Shown here: one piece after another, positions 25,111 to 36,900 of the stretch
Position numbering within the stretch: position 1 is the first letter of the stretch
Layout of the letters: every line of letters begins with the position of its first letter
Origin: Eledone cirrhosa
Taxonomy: Eukaryota
NCBI GenBank assembly: GCA_964016885.1
Contig: OZ024742.1
Coordinates: forward strand, 155,930,001 to 155,994,000
Length of the DNA: 64,000 bases
Direction: 5' to 3'
Notes under the pieces: model-generated
Seen by the model: the letters and a program-made list of their open reading frames with translations, nothing else
The model's database searches: none
Told to the model about the DNA's origin: nothing
Made by a program: the position numbers and the translations under genes

Positions 25111-28100
25111 TCTCAAGTTTTCTCAAAATGTTTAATTCAAATATTAAGAAAATATGTCAACATATATATTAAACATACGCGACAAACCGCATAGATATAC
25201 AGATCAAACAAACGCATCCTACTAGAGTCTATTCAACAGAACTCAGTAACGATAACGCCATCACTATAGTCACTGCCGCCACCAATTCATCATTCCTACC
25301 ACTATCCCATCAACGCCGCCACCACTCCTTCATTGCTACCACCACTATTCCCCCATTACCTTCTGTTAACTTAAGAAAGGGGAAGGTGGAGGTATTAGTA
25401 GACAAGGGAGAGGCTAGCAAAATATATAAATAGACTGACTTAGGGAGCCGGCGGGGAATAGCCGTGTCTCTAGGATAGGACGAACCCTGTAGTCTTGGTT
25501 GACACTCGTCCTAGAAGTGGTAACACGAAATGATTACCCCTTGGCGGTTAAGGATAAAACGCGACAAAATGAAGTAAATGTTAAATGATAAAATATCATA
25601 CCGGATCGGCCGCACCCGGGTCAAAAAGGGCCGCGTCCCTCAGACAGGAACCAGACTGGTATCGAAAATCAGCTAATGGTTCAAACCTTCCCATCACTTC
25701 GGAGCTGGAGAGCTCCCATAACTGCAATACTCCTACTGTTGGGCCTCCAGGCTCACCACCAAGAAATCCAAAGAAAAAGAGAGAAAATGGTCAAGGGAAG
25801 ACAATAAAGAAATCCTTGAGTCTTTCTACACTGCATATATCAACTGGAAAAAGAAACATCCCGAAAACAGAGGCTATATTCACAGCAACAAACTAGCCAA
25901 TATACGAAGAAATATTGTTAAAAAAAATTGAATATAGAAATTGATCAGATCAAGCTATTAGCACAAAGTCAGCGAAGGGAAAATGAAATATGTGTCAGTG
26001 AAAACGAGGTAAATTGTAACACTTCGAATCCCAGGGATGAGGCGGAATCACTGACAGCAGAACAAATTTTAAAAAATGATCAAAAAAGGGGAGGGAGTGC
26101 ATGCTCTAGATGAAACTCAAAATGAAAACAATGAGATCATAAATGATAAATAAATGAATGAGAATGAACTTGCCAACTTGGTGGATGAAATTATGATCGA
26201 ATGGATGAAAATGAAAGAATCTGACATGGGGGAACGAGACACTCTCCCTAAGATCCAGAACTCCAAACAGAACCAAAAGATAATACACAAGACTAACATA
26301 ATTCTCAAAAACATTATCATCACAAACAAACTAAACATTACTGATCTAAATCATCTCTATTATGAATCGGCTAAAGTCACCACTCGCTTATGTGGAGTGA
26401 AAATGAAAAAAACAAAGGAATTCCCAGAAGAAATCTACTTGGCAAGAGAACATCATTCGCCAAATAAATCCTCTCCGATCTGACATAGAAATTTTAACAA
26501 ACTACAAAGTAGGTGAACATGTTAAACAAACTAAACTTAGAAAATTGAAAAGAAAATACAGTATAAAATCAACAAGTGACATAGACATGCTGATAGAAAT
26601 AATTATTTCTACGTTAGGCACAAGGCCATCAATTACCCAGTATATTACTGGTACTTTATTTTATCGACCCCGTACGGATGAAAGGCAAAGTTAACCTCGG
26701 TGCGATTTGAACATGCTGATAGAAATAATCAGGCAACAATTGTCGCCAAATCTGCTCGTATAAGGCGCTTTGAAAAACGATCTAGATTCTATAAGGACAA
26801 TAATATGTTCAAACACAACCAAAGAAACTTCTACAGAAAAATTCGCAAGTCAACAATAACTGCTAAATCAATACCACCCAAGGAGGAAGTGCAAGAATTC
26901 TGGGAAAAGATCTGGGCCTAAGAAAAAGTCCATAATATACATGCCCCATGGATATACATACAAATGAAGGATCCAGCTCACCTTGAGGAACAAACATGGG
27001 AAAATATATCAGTTGAAAGTTGCGTTTGGCACTTAGAAAAACCAGAAAATGGAAATCCCCAGGAAAAAACAAAATACAAAATTGTTGGATAAATGCCTTC
27101 AGAGAGTCCCCCTGAGCTGTTAGCCCAACTTTACAATGAAATAGTTAAGGAGCCAGAAAAGATACCATCATGATATTACATTCCTACTTCCGAAGAATGA
27201 TGAAACAAACAATCCCAAATATTACAGACCGATAACTTGCTTGACCACAAAGTATAAAATGTTAACTTCAGTCCTAACTGAATATACATATGACAACCTG
27301 ATAACAAATGATATGTTTCCCAATGGTCAGAAAGGGTGTGAACGAGGCTCATCTGGCTGTAAAGATCAGCTTTTGGTTAACAAAATGATACTGGAAGATT
27401 GTCATAATAGACACAAATATATATCAATTGCTTGGATCGATTATAAAAAAGCATTCGATAATCCGCCCAACAGTTGGATTGAAAAATGTTTAGATGTTTT
27501 CAAAATATCTCCCGTTGTCAGGAGGTTCCTGTCATTCAGTATGAAGACATGGAAAACGACACTCCTTTTCAATAGTGAATCACTGGAAGCTGGAGAAGGT
27601 AATATTAATTGTGGAATTTTTCAGGGTGACTCTTTATCACCACTTTTATTCTGCATCGCACTTATACCATTAAGTAAAATGCTCAATGAAACAAAACATG
27701 GATATAAAGTCTTTGACAAAACCATTAATCACTTGTTCTACCTGGATGACATGAAAATATTTGCAAAACATTATGAACAATTGCAAGGGCTATTATCCAC
27801 TGTGATGCAGTTCAGTGATGACATTAAAATGGAGTTTGGACTAGATAAATGCGCCAAAGCAGTGTTCACCAGAGGAAAGTTGCTGAAAAGTTCAAATAAT
27901 TTTGATCGGGGAAATGTGATAAGAGAACTTGATCAAGAGGAAATTTACAAATATCTAGGTGTTTTTGAAGGAGAGGGAATCAAGCAGTCGACAATGAGGG
28001 AAAGGATAAGGAAGGAATGTTACCGCAGAGTAAGAGCAATCTTAAGAACGGTTTTAAATGCAAGAAATAGGATCGATGCCATAAACACGCTTGCCATACC

Positions 28101-28284
28101 AGTAGTAACCTACAGTTACAATGTCATCACAGGTCAAGCACAGAGATCCGTAGGCTCGATAGAAAAATTAGAAAATTCTTAACCATGCACAGAATGCATC
28201 ACCCTAAGGCATATACATATATAATATATCTCCCTAGGAAAGAAGGATGACGTGGATTAGTCCAGTGAGATATTGCGTTGAAAA
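25111..28284 (+). mobile_element. R4/Dong-clade LINE, 5' part and RT, lacking its 3' end
   Basis: Starts after (TAA)n; KWKSPG, NYRPITCL, GCKDQLL, AWIDYKKAFD, GIFQGDSLSP, HLFYLDD, YKYLG. Confidence 0.9.
26604..26710 (-). mobile_element. 5'-truncated SINE inserted in the Dong ORF, 19-bp target duplication
   Basis: ACATGCTGATAGAAATAAT at 26585-26603 and 26711-26729. Confidence 0.92.
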
Positions 28285-29455
28285 CTGCGTGGAGGACTGG
28301 GCATGATATGGCTGATGATGCGCAAACATGCACTGAGTCTGTGACATCTCTGGTGCTTCCTTGATGGCGAACGGGTGTGGTCGCCGTTCGCCATGCACGT
28401 TTTCCCACAGCTCGTCTCCTTGACGGAGCTGCAGTCCTGGGTCAGAAACAGACCGAGGGATAGCGCTTGGAAATTGGAATGTCTCCAGGGGCTCACTCTC
28501 CTCTCCCAGCTAGGCACCAGTATCGGTGGAACATCCACCTCGGCATTCTATAGAAGACTAGTGGAGGGGAAGCGCGACGACATTCTCGGAGAGATCCTGG
28601 CCGTCGAAGAAGTCAGCCGTTTGCTCTCTTCCGGAGAACTTTCAGCCCGGGCCCTATGGATAACTTCCAAAAATCTCTGGCCTGGCAGTGCTACCGGCGA
28701 GCGCTGCCGGTTCGAGATAAGCTCTGCAGGCACGGAAGTGCCGTCAGCCGAGCCTGTCCGAGATACCCGCAGAGCGACGAAACCGTTGTGCACGCACTCG
28801 TTCAGTGCCCGAGCATAGCTGACTTGTGGAGCTATGTCGAACAGTTGCTGTCGCGTGTGGGACTGATCCGGATGTTGACTGAGTCCATTGTGCAGATGGT
28901 CTCGCCGTCTTTCTTCGAGGAGGAAAGGCAGGCGGTTTTCATCTGCCTGGTGGCCATGGCGAAAGAGATTGTGTGGTGGACAAGGTTAAAAGGATTAAAG
29001 ACAAACACTTTCCTCTTCGGCGAATCCCTAATTAACTTTTCACTTGAAGAGGAAAATCAGGGTGGAGAGGCAACTGCTGCTTTCTAGCAAGTTTGTTGAA
29101 AGGTGGGTGAATGTAGCGAGAATGGTCTGAGTGAACGGGACCACTCTGAATATACATCTGTATTTTGAGAGATGGAAAAATTGAGAGAGAGCGCTTGCCC
29201 TGGTAGTCAAGGTGGCCGTAGTCTTTTGTGTGGTTTTCGCCACGAGTAACCCTCGGAGGTTTCTCCCCCTATTGGGGAATTTTTCATTGTTTCAATTTTC
29301 ATTTTATTGTTTATATATATATATGTTTTATGTCTTTTTTTTCTTTTCTTATATAAATAATAAAAATATTTACACGCACAAAACCCACATCGTACCGTCC
29401 TGTTCCGTCTGTGATGTTTTTCTCTATGCCAGCCCTTGTGGCCAATAAAGAAAAC
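28285..29455 (+). mobile_element. 3' part of a Tx1 copy
   Basis: RGGLGM, FQKSLAWQCYR, C..YPQSDETVVHALVQC; AATAAA at 29444 then (ATT)9 at 29456-29482. Confidence 0.9.
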
Positions 29456-29482
29456 ATTATTATTATTATTATTATTATTATT

Positions 29483-32400
29483 CTTTGAGTCTCACTCATT
29501 GATGTTAGTTAACTGGAAAGTTTGTTGAAATGAATATCAAGCCACTACCTGCAGCCTCAGATATTCAGGACATATCGGAGGGTTCTTGTTGTTCCCAGCA
29601 AGCATGCCTTTTGAAGCGTTCCAAAAAGCGTGGCGGGACCAATTTTCTTTAACCATCCCCGGAAAATGTTGAGATAGTACCTAGTGCGCCTATGATAATC
29701 GGGACCACTTTGACTTCATGGCAGTTCCAAATCCTTTTTACCTCCCAATTTAAGTCCTGGTATCGGTTAATTTTCTCCCTCTCCTTCTCTTGCACTCTCG
29801 TGTCGAATGGGCAGGCCACATCCACAATCAGGCATGATCTATTTTCCTTGTCCAAAACCACCAGGTCAGGTCTATTGTGTTCCAGTATCTTGTCCGTCTG
29901 AATCCTAAAATCCCACAGCACCTTCACCTGATCGTTTTCTATAACCGACTCTGGTTTATGCTCATACCACTTCTCAGAATGTGTTAAATTGTTTACTTTG
30001 CATAGGTGCCAGTGAATCACCCTGCCCATCACATCATGTCTCCAGCCTTTATAGTGAATCTGAGATAGATGTTTACACTCGAATACAATGTGAGCCACAG
30101 TCTCCTCTCTATCTCCACAGATCCTGCACAGTGGGCTAGCTTCCTCCTTGTAAATATGGTGTTTCAACCACTTCGTTTTGAGGGCCTGCTCTTGCACAGC
30201 CATTGGCATTCCTTCTGTAGCCTTTTTAAGGTCACCTCTTTTCAACCAGTTCCATGTCTGTGGATATCTGAATTCAGTTTTCTCAAAGAAGGTACTATGA
30301 AGGGGTTTTTCATGAAGGCTGCTCATTTTCCTTGTTGTTATTTCCTTCTTGGACATCCCCTGGTCTATTGTCCTCTCTTTCAGTACAATTCTGAGCATTG
30401 GCTCCTTACTATCAGTTACGTATTTGTGTAGGTTGTTTTTCTCCATCTGAACACAGTCCTCTATGCTGATAAGACCCCTTCCACCTTCAGATCTCCTTAA
30501 GTAGAGTCTATGGACATCACTCCTCTTGTGGAACATGTTGTATATAGTCAATAGCTTCATAGTCTTCCTATCCATTTCTTTTTGTTCAGCAACATTCCAT
30601 CTCAGAATTTCCGCACTGTACCTAATTGTAGACACAGCTCGGGAATGTACTGCACTTATGGCATTCCTACTGCTCAGATGTGAATTTAATACGCTCGTTA
30701 CTCTCTGAATGTATTCAGATCTTATCAATTCCTTCATTTTTTTGTTCTTGATGTCATCAGCCTCCAGAACACCCGAATACTTGTATCCTTCTTCAGTGTC
30801 AATTTCATTTATCATCTCACCTGTTGGTACCTGGATTCCGTTACTTCTGCTCAATTTAACCCTCTTCATCACAAGGACTCCACACTTATTAATACCAAAT
30901 TGCATACATATATCATTGCTGAAAATACGGACAGTATCAACAAGCACATCCAACTCCTTCTCACTCTTCCCGAAGAGCTTAAGATCGTCCATGAAGAGGA
31001 GGTGATTGATGGTAAGCTCTCCCATTCCCAACTTGTATCCTGATCTCACTTTTCGCAGTATAATGGTCAGGGGCATCAGGGCAAGGTCAAACAACGGAGG
31101 AGACAGACTATCACCCTGGAAGATACCTCTCTTGATCTTCACGCCTCCCAAGGATTCTCCAGCTGATGTTATCTCTGTTTTCCAGGACTTCATACTTTTG
31201 CCCAACAATTGTTTGGTGTTATCTGCCACCTTGAATATCTCTAAGCTTTTGGTGATCCAAGAATGAGGCACCATGTCAAATGCCTTTATGTAGTCTATCC
31301 ATCCCATGGCAAGACCAGTGTGTCTCTTCTTGCAATTCCTCATTACCATCTTATCAATAAGTAACTGGTCTTTTGTACCACGGGACTTCTTTCGGCATCC
31401 CTTCTGTTCGTCCGGTAACAAGTTGTTTGTGTGGAGGTGATAGTAGATTTCCTCAGACATAATGCTTGTCAACAGTTTCCACATTACGGACAGACATGTG
31501 ATAGGTCTATAGTTGGTAACATCATTACCCTTGATTCGGTCTTTCATTACCAGAACTGTGGTACCTTTTGTCAACCACTCTTGTAACTTACCTGACAGCA
31601 AGCAGTCATTGAACATGGTTGTCAGTTTCGGGTGGAGGGATGTTATATTGTTAATCCAATACGCCTGCACACCATCTGGGCCTGGTGATTTCCAGTTGAT
31701 TAGATATTTGGCCTGCCCCTTAAGAGTTTCAACTGTGATACTCAAATAAGTTTGTTGGTTGCCTGTTCACTAATCTATTTTGTACCATCTCGATCCACAC
31801 TGCCTGGTCATTATGTTTAACATCCTGCTCCCATATTCCTCTCCAGAATGTCTTAGTTGTTCCGCCTCATGGATCAAGTCATTGCCTCTCTCTTTCCCTT
31901 CAAGCTGTCCAAACCGCATCTTCTGGTTGTTGTCAAACATGCGGTTCTGTCTATACTGGCTGACTCTGCTCTCGTATCGCCTAATTTTTGCACTCTTTGC
32001 TACAATGCGTTGCTTCAGTTCCTCTATGATAATATTTAGCTTTTCCTCCTAGTGTTGTACTTTATTTCCAGTCTATTTTTAGTGTCTATGTTTTTTAGTG
32101 TCCCATTCAGTAGGGACTCAAGCTTTCCAATGTCATTTCTCATTTCCCTGATTTGACCATTTAGTCGTTTCTTCCACCAAGGTTCTGATCTTTATTGTTT
32201 GTTGTTTGCTCTCGCTTTTATGCCAAGTAATTTCCATACCGCATTTGCTGTTTCTTTGAGGATATTGTTGCACTAGTGAAGGCTCCTCGCCTCAAGGTAT
32301 GGGATAACTTTGTTTACCCTAGCTGTTGTTTCTTTTAACGTTTTCCTGTCTACAAATCTTAGGTTCATATGTTTCCCACTATCATTGTTAAATCCATCTA

Positions 32401-33891
32401 CCACTAAGTTTAGGATATCAACCAAATCTTGTCCTAGCCCGTCAGCATTCATCTCCTCAATGGCCGTATCTTTGTTCCAGTTATTATTTATTTCAGCATT
32501 CCGATCATTGTCTGCTTCGGATGGTTCCTCCGTTCTCTCAACCTCTTCACCTTCATTTCCCACTTGCTCGTTTGCCTGGCATACTCCACTCTCCATTTCC
32601 AACTTAATCTCTCTGCTCAGTTCCTCCAGTTTCAGCTCGCTTATCCACCCATTAGTTCTTATTACCCGAGCCTGTCCAGCCAATTTTTGTTCATCTAATT
32701 TACATAGACCAATCTCATTCCAGATGTTATGCATCCGTTTCCTATAGCCTTTCTACTTGGGGTTACTTTTCAGGTAACATTGGATAACAGTTCTATTCAA
32801 TTATTTCGTCCAGTTGGTTCTGGTCCCTTTCCTTCTTCTTCTTCCTCCGACACCAGCAGTATTTGGTTGACAGCCAGGTCCCTGCTGCTGAGCCAGGGAA
32901 CACCAGCTGGGTGAGAGTCTGTCACATGACATTCCAGTCTCCACTTCACCGTTAATCGAACTGTTCGGTTCGACATTTAAACACCCTTATCGAGGATTGG
33001 TGAATGTATGGTTACATAAACACCGGCGATTTCCTCACCTCCGGTGATTTTAATAAACATAAATAAACAAACAAACAAATAAGTAAAAAAACAAACAAAC
33101 AAATAAGTAAAAAAAAAAAAGAATTAGCATAAGTGTCATTTTAATGTAGTGTTTGAATGACTTCTTAGTTTTTTTTTGTTTTCCGTCTCTGTCTGTCTGA
33201 TTTTCTTTTCACTTTTCTTTTCTTTACGTTTTTCGTTGCTGCTGTGCTGTTTGGATTTTGATTTTACGTTTTTTGATTTTTTGACCGAGTCATCAAATCA
33301 GTCTATTTATATCTTTTCATGCCTTCCTCTTTTAGTGGGGACACTACGATGCATGTCTTAACAGCAGGTAGTGGGAGAGAATAGCAGCGGTAGCGATAAT
33401 GAGGCAGTGGTGGTGGTGGTGCTGCTGTGCTAGTAGTACTTAGCAGGAGGTAGTGGGAGAGAATAGCGGGGGTAGCGATAATGAGGCAGTGGTGGTGGTG
33501 ATGTGATCGTAGTACTGTAGTGATGGTGTTGAAGTTGAAGTAGAAATAGAAGTTGAGGTAACTTGACTAGAGTTTTTGGCGTGGTAGTGGTGATGGTGGC
33601 GGTGGTATGTTGGTGGTGAAATTATTTGCCTATCTGTCCACTTAGCCATTTAGCCATTTTGCCATTTTCCTCTTTTTCGACTATAACATTTCTGATCCAA
33701 AATTAAATATTAAATATTGGGGCCCTATGCCGTAAAGTGATGCCTTATGGCTTGCTGGGCGTTAAACTGTAATTTTATACTTCATTTGTAATAAGAATTA
33801 TTCTATCACAGTAGTTTTAAATAAGTAAAAGTAAAAAAATTACGGGAGCGATTCCATAACGATATATATCCACCAGGTGCGTTTTCTTCGC
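29483..33891 (-). mobile_element. Near full-length R4/Dong-clade LINE flanked by (TAA)n at both ends
   Basis: N-terminal CYLKSNPS..YRKRMHNIW, RT and REL domains; tracts at 29456-29482 and 33892-33938; extent of the 5' UTR uncertain. Confidence 0.85.
29649..31745 (-). CDS. R4/Dong RT, CCHC and REL endonuclease, 698-aa uninterrupted segment of a broken ORF
   Basis: WKSPGPDG, YRPITCL, QGDSLSP, FMDD, CRICGDREETVAHIVFEC, RHD, NRPD, EKINRYQDL, IGALG. Confidence 0.92.
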   Translation of the reverse strand: MSITVETLKGQAKYLINWKSPGPDGVQAYWINNITSLHPKLTTMFNDCLLSGKLQEWLTKGTTVLVMKDRIKGNDVTNYRPITCLSVMWKLLTSIMSEEIYYHLHTNNLLPDEQKGCRKKSRGTKDQLLIDKMVMRNCKKRHTGLAMGWIDYIKAFDMVPHSWITKSLEIFKVADNTKQLLGKSMKSWKTEITSAGESLGGVKIKRGIFQGDSLSPPLFDLALMPLTIILRKVRSGYKLGMGELTINHLLFMDDLKLFGKSEKELDVLVDTVRIFSNDICMQFGINKCGVLVMKRVKLSRSNGIQVPTGEMINEIDTEEGYKYSGVLEADDIKNKKMKELIRSEYIQRVTSVLNSHLSSRNAISAVHSRAVSTIRYSAEILRWNVAEQKEMDRKTMKLLTIYNMFHKRSDVHRLYLRRSEGGRGLISIEDCVQMEKNNLHKYVTDSKEPMLRIVLKERTIDQGMSKKEITTRKMSSLHEKPLHSTFFEKTEFRYPQTWNWLKRGDLKKATEGMPMAVQEQALKTKWLKHHIYKEEASPLCRICGDREETVAHIVFECKHLSQIHYKGWRHDVMGRVIHWHLCKVNNLTHSEKWYEHKPESVIENDQVKVLWDFRIQTDKILEHNRPDLVVLDKENRSCLIVDVACPFDTRVQEKEREKINRYQDLNWEVKRIWNCHEVKVVPIIIGALGTISTFSGDG

Positions 33892-33938
<47 letters not shown>

Positions 33939-36900
33939 GGCGACCTACGTAGTAAATCGTATCATCGTGAGCTCCGCAAAGGTTCGTTATTTTCAGTTGT
34001 TTAAAATTGCCATTTATGGAAGTTTTTTATTGTTAACAGTATATAAGTGCACATACATTGATTTCTGAAAAGGACATTCAGAAAGATTGGGGCCGTGAGC
34101 CTAAAATTTAAACTTTTTATAATTATCAAACAAAAAAAAAATATTCTTTGAAAAATCAGTAGCTGAGAGCCTTCCTCACAAACTAACACCTCACACCGAC
34201 ACCACCATTGTAAATATTACCACGTTTGCCAACACTAAAAATATAAGCAGTAGCAATATTTTAAATTTGTCTCAGCCAGATATTCATTTCCCGCCATTAC
34301 CAATGACTGCAGGTGTTAAAGCCGCCACCCCCACCATCACCATCACCACAGCGCCAACAGAAACAAAAGAAAAAAATAAATTAACTCATGATATCGAAAT
34401 GAATTCAACCAAAATGAACTCTTCCACACCGAACACCCCTGAAGCCACCACCACCACAACTGAAACTAAAATTAACAATAACAAAAATAGCGATAACAAC
34501 AACAGCAACAATGAAATTAAGAAAACTACCCTGAGTTTTGCCAGAGTAGCAAAAACGTGCGAAGCGATCCAGGTAACACAGGAGGGATTAGAAGAAGCCA
34601 AAAGAATGGTAAAGAAAGATGGGTACAGGGTCATCCCCCCCCCCCCACACACACACACCTAATAAAATGGGGCATCGTCGCCTATGCACCGTGTCTTATC
34701 GGACAATTAACATCAAAATCGCGCCGAGTGGAACGGGCACCGAGTCCCAAATCCAAAGAGCTTTGGGACATGTGTGGGCAAAAAAACCCCACATCAGACG
34801 GGGGAAGAAATATGGAACCGTGGACGTGTTCTTTGAAACACCACAGGAGGCCAGTGAACACTCCATGGTCCCATTAAAAAGTGGCGACTTCAACCTCGTC
34901 CCAAGCTATTGTGGCCAGAGACTTGTGAAGATCAGGGTGACCCACGTTCCACCGGCCATCGAAATTCCCTGGCTAATGGCTGCCGTCTTCGCCGGCATCG
35001 AGGCCAACACCAAGATAATCGAAATAGCGAAAGAAACGCAGGAGAACTGGTCCGGATCTGGGATGGAGCACCTGATCCAAGCGGACCATAAAAGCATTGA
35101 GATCCCAGAGGTAATAGACCTCACTGACGGCAGCCACCTCACCGTAATCGTCGAGGGCAGAAGGCCTAGGTGTGTCGTTTGTGGTGAAGGAACCCACCTA
35201 AGGGCTTTCTGCCCTCAGGCTAAAGGGTTGAGGCCACCTCTCTTACCAACCCCAGTGACTCAACCATCAACACCACCAGCAGCAGAAATGGCAGCAACAA
35301 TTGTAGCAGCAACAACAGAAGTAACTGTAACAACAACAACCCCAGCAACAGTAGCAAAACCAACACCACCACCACCCAACTCGCCAGAACTGGCACCAGC
35401 GCCTACACCATCCACCAGGCCACAACCAAAACCAACGCCTGTGGAGGTTTTTCCACTCCCCGGCTTATCGCAACTGGAGACAGATTGTGACGAAGAGGTG
35501 TGGGAAACGGTATCAGGAAAAAAGAAAAAAATGAAACCAAAAAAGAAAAAAATTATCTTCCTTCCCCCTCCAAAAACAACATACGGAGGGAAACAAATAT
35601 ATTATCAAACAAAAAAGTTAGGACAGATATGCCACCATCCACACCAGCATCAGCAACCCCATCACCACAAACACCAATACCATCACCATCATTAACCCCA
35701 ACACCACCATCACCAACACCACAAAAGTCACCAAAAAGCGAAACAGAAACAAAACCCACAACAAACGCAAACAAAACAAAACAAAACAACCAAAACGTTA
35801 CACACTACACAGCATTAAATTTCAACAACAACAAATTATTACACTACATGCAACACAGCACCAGGATCACAGAAAAAGACTACACAACATACAAATCACT
35901 CGACAAACACCCTCCAGTAGGATTTATAATGACATCCTTCCAGAGGAGGCCACAAGCAGTGAGAAGCATGGACAAACCATCCTTCCTCTACAAGAAGTAA
36001 GGCAAGTGGTCTTTCCCATCTTTTCCACTCCATTTCAACATGACCTCACTCAGAATAGGCAGCATAAATGCGCTTGGCTTGGGGTCGTCATGGAAGCAGG
36101 GCCACCTGCTCAACGACCTCAAGTCACTAAACATAGATGTAGTGGCCATCAGCGAGACCAGAGACGGGTCTTCGGCGGCTACCATGTGTACGCATCTCCC
36201 AGCCGTCCGGTATCGGGGGGAGAAGTTGCTGTGCTTTTTTGGAGAGGTTTGGATCTTGACATACGGACCATCTTCCTGGTCCCAGAAGGTAAGTTGCTGG
36301 TGCAAGACGTGACCAGCGGAGACAGGCAAGCTTTCAGCCTAGTAGCCGTCTATACCCCGACAGGAGCAGGGCGGACTGATTTCTTCCAACGTCTGGAGAC
36401 CTTACTGGAACGTCCCGCTATTTACTGTTAGTGGGCGACTGGAACGGGATCTTAGATGCACGCTGGAACTGTGTGGGATTAGCGGATAGGGGAGGAGGGT
36501 GCAAGAGCCTCACCAACCTGCTCAGGCGTTTTGAACTGTCTGACAGATACCGATTGGATTTCCCGAATGTGCCAATGTGGACTTGGACAAAATGCATAGG
36601 GTCATCCAGATCATATCTAGATAGATTATTTTGTAGGGAAATAGATAGGTCTAGGATAGGCTGTCCACAATTGAAGATAGTCAGCTACATGGACCATACA
36701 TTTGTGATCTGTGCGCCTGATTAAGATAGGCTACATAAACTAGGATCTGGCTACTGGTAGCTAAACGCGTCCTTACCAGCGCGCAAGGCCTACAGAGACC
36801 GGATTAGCGAACTAGTTAAGCGGGAGTTGACGGGGTCCATCGTCAACAACAAGTGCTGGTGTGCTCTGAAAAGAGCAATTAATATAGAGTCCAGAGAATT

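Noticed and set aside
25440-25545. Possible HDV-like ribozyme in the Dong 5' UTR
   Set aside because: Only a TAGGACGA/TCGTCCTA hairpin is evident; I could not build the double pseudoknot
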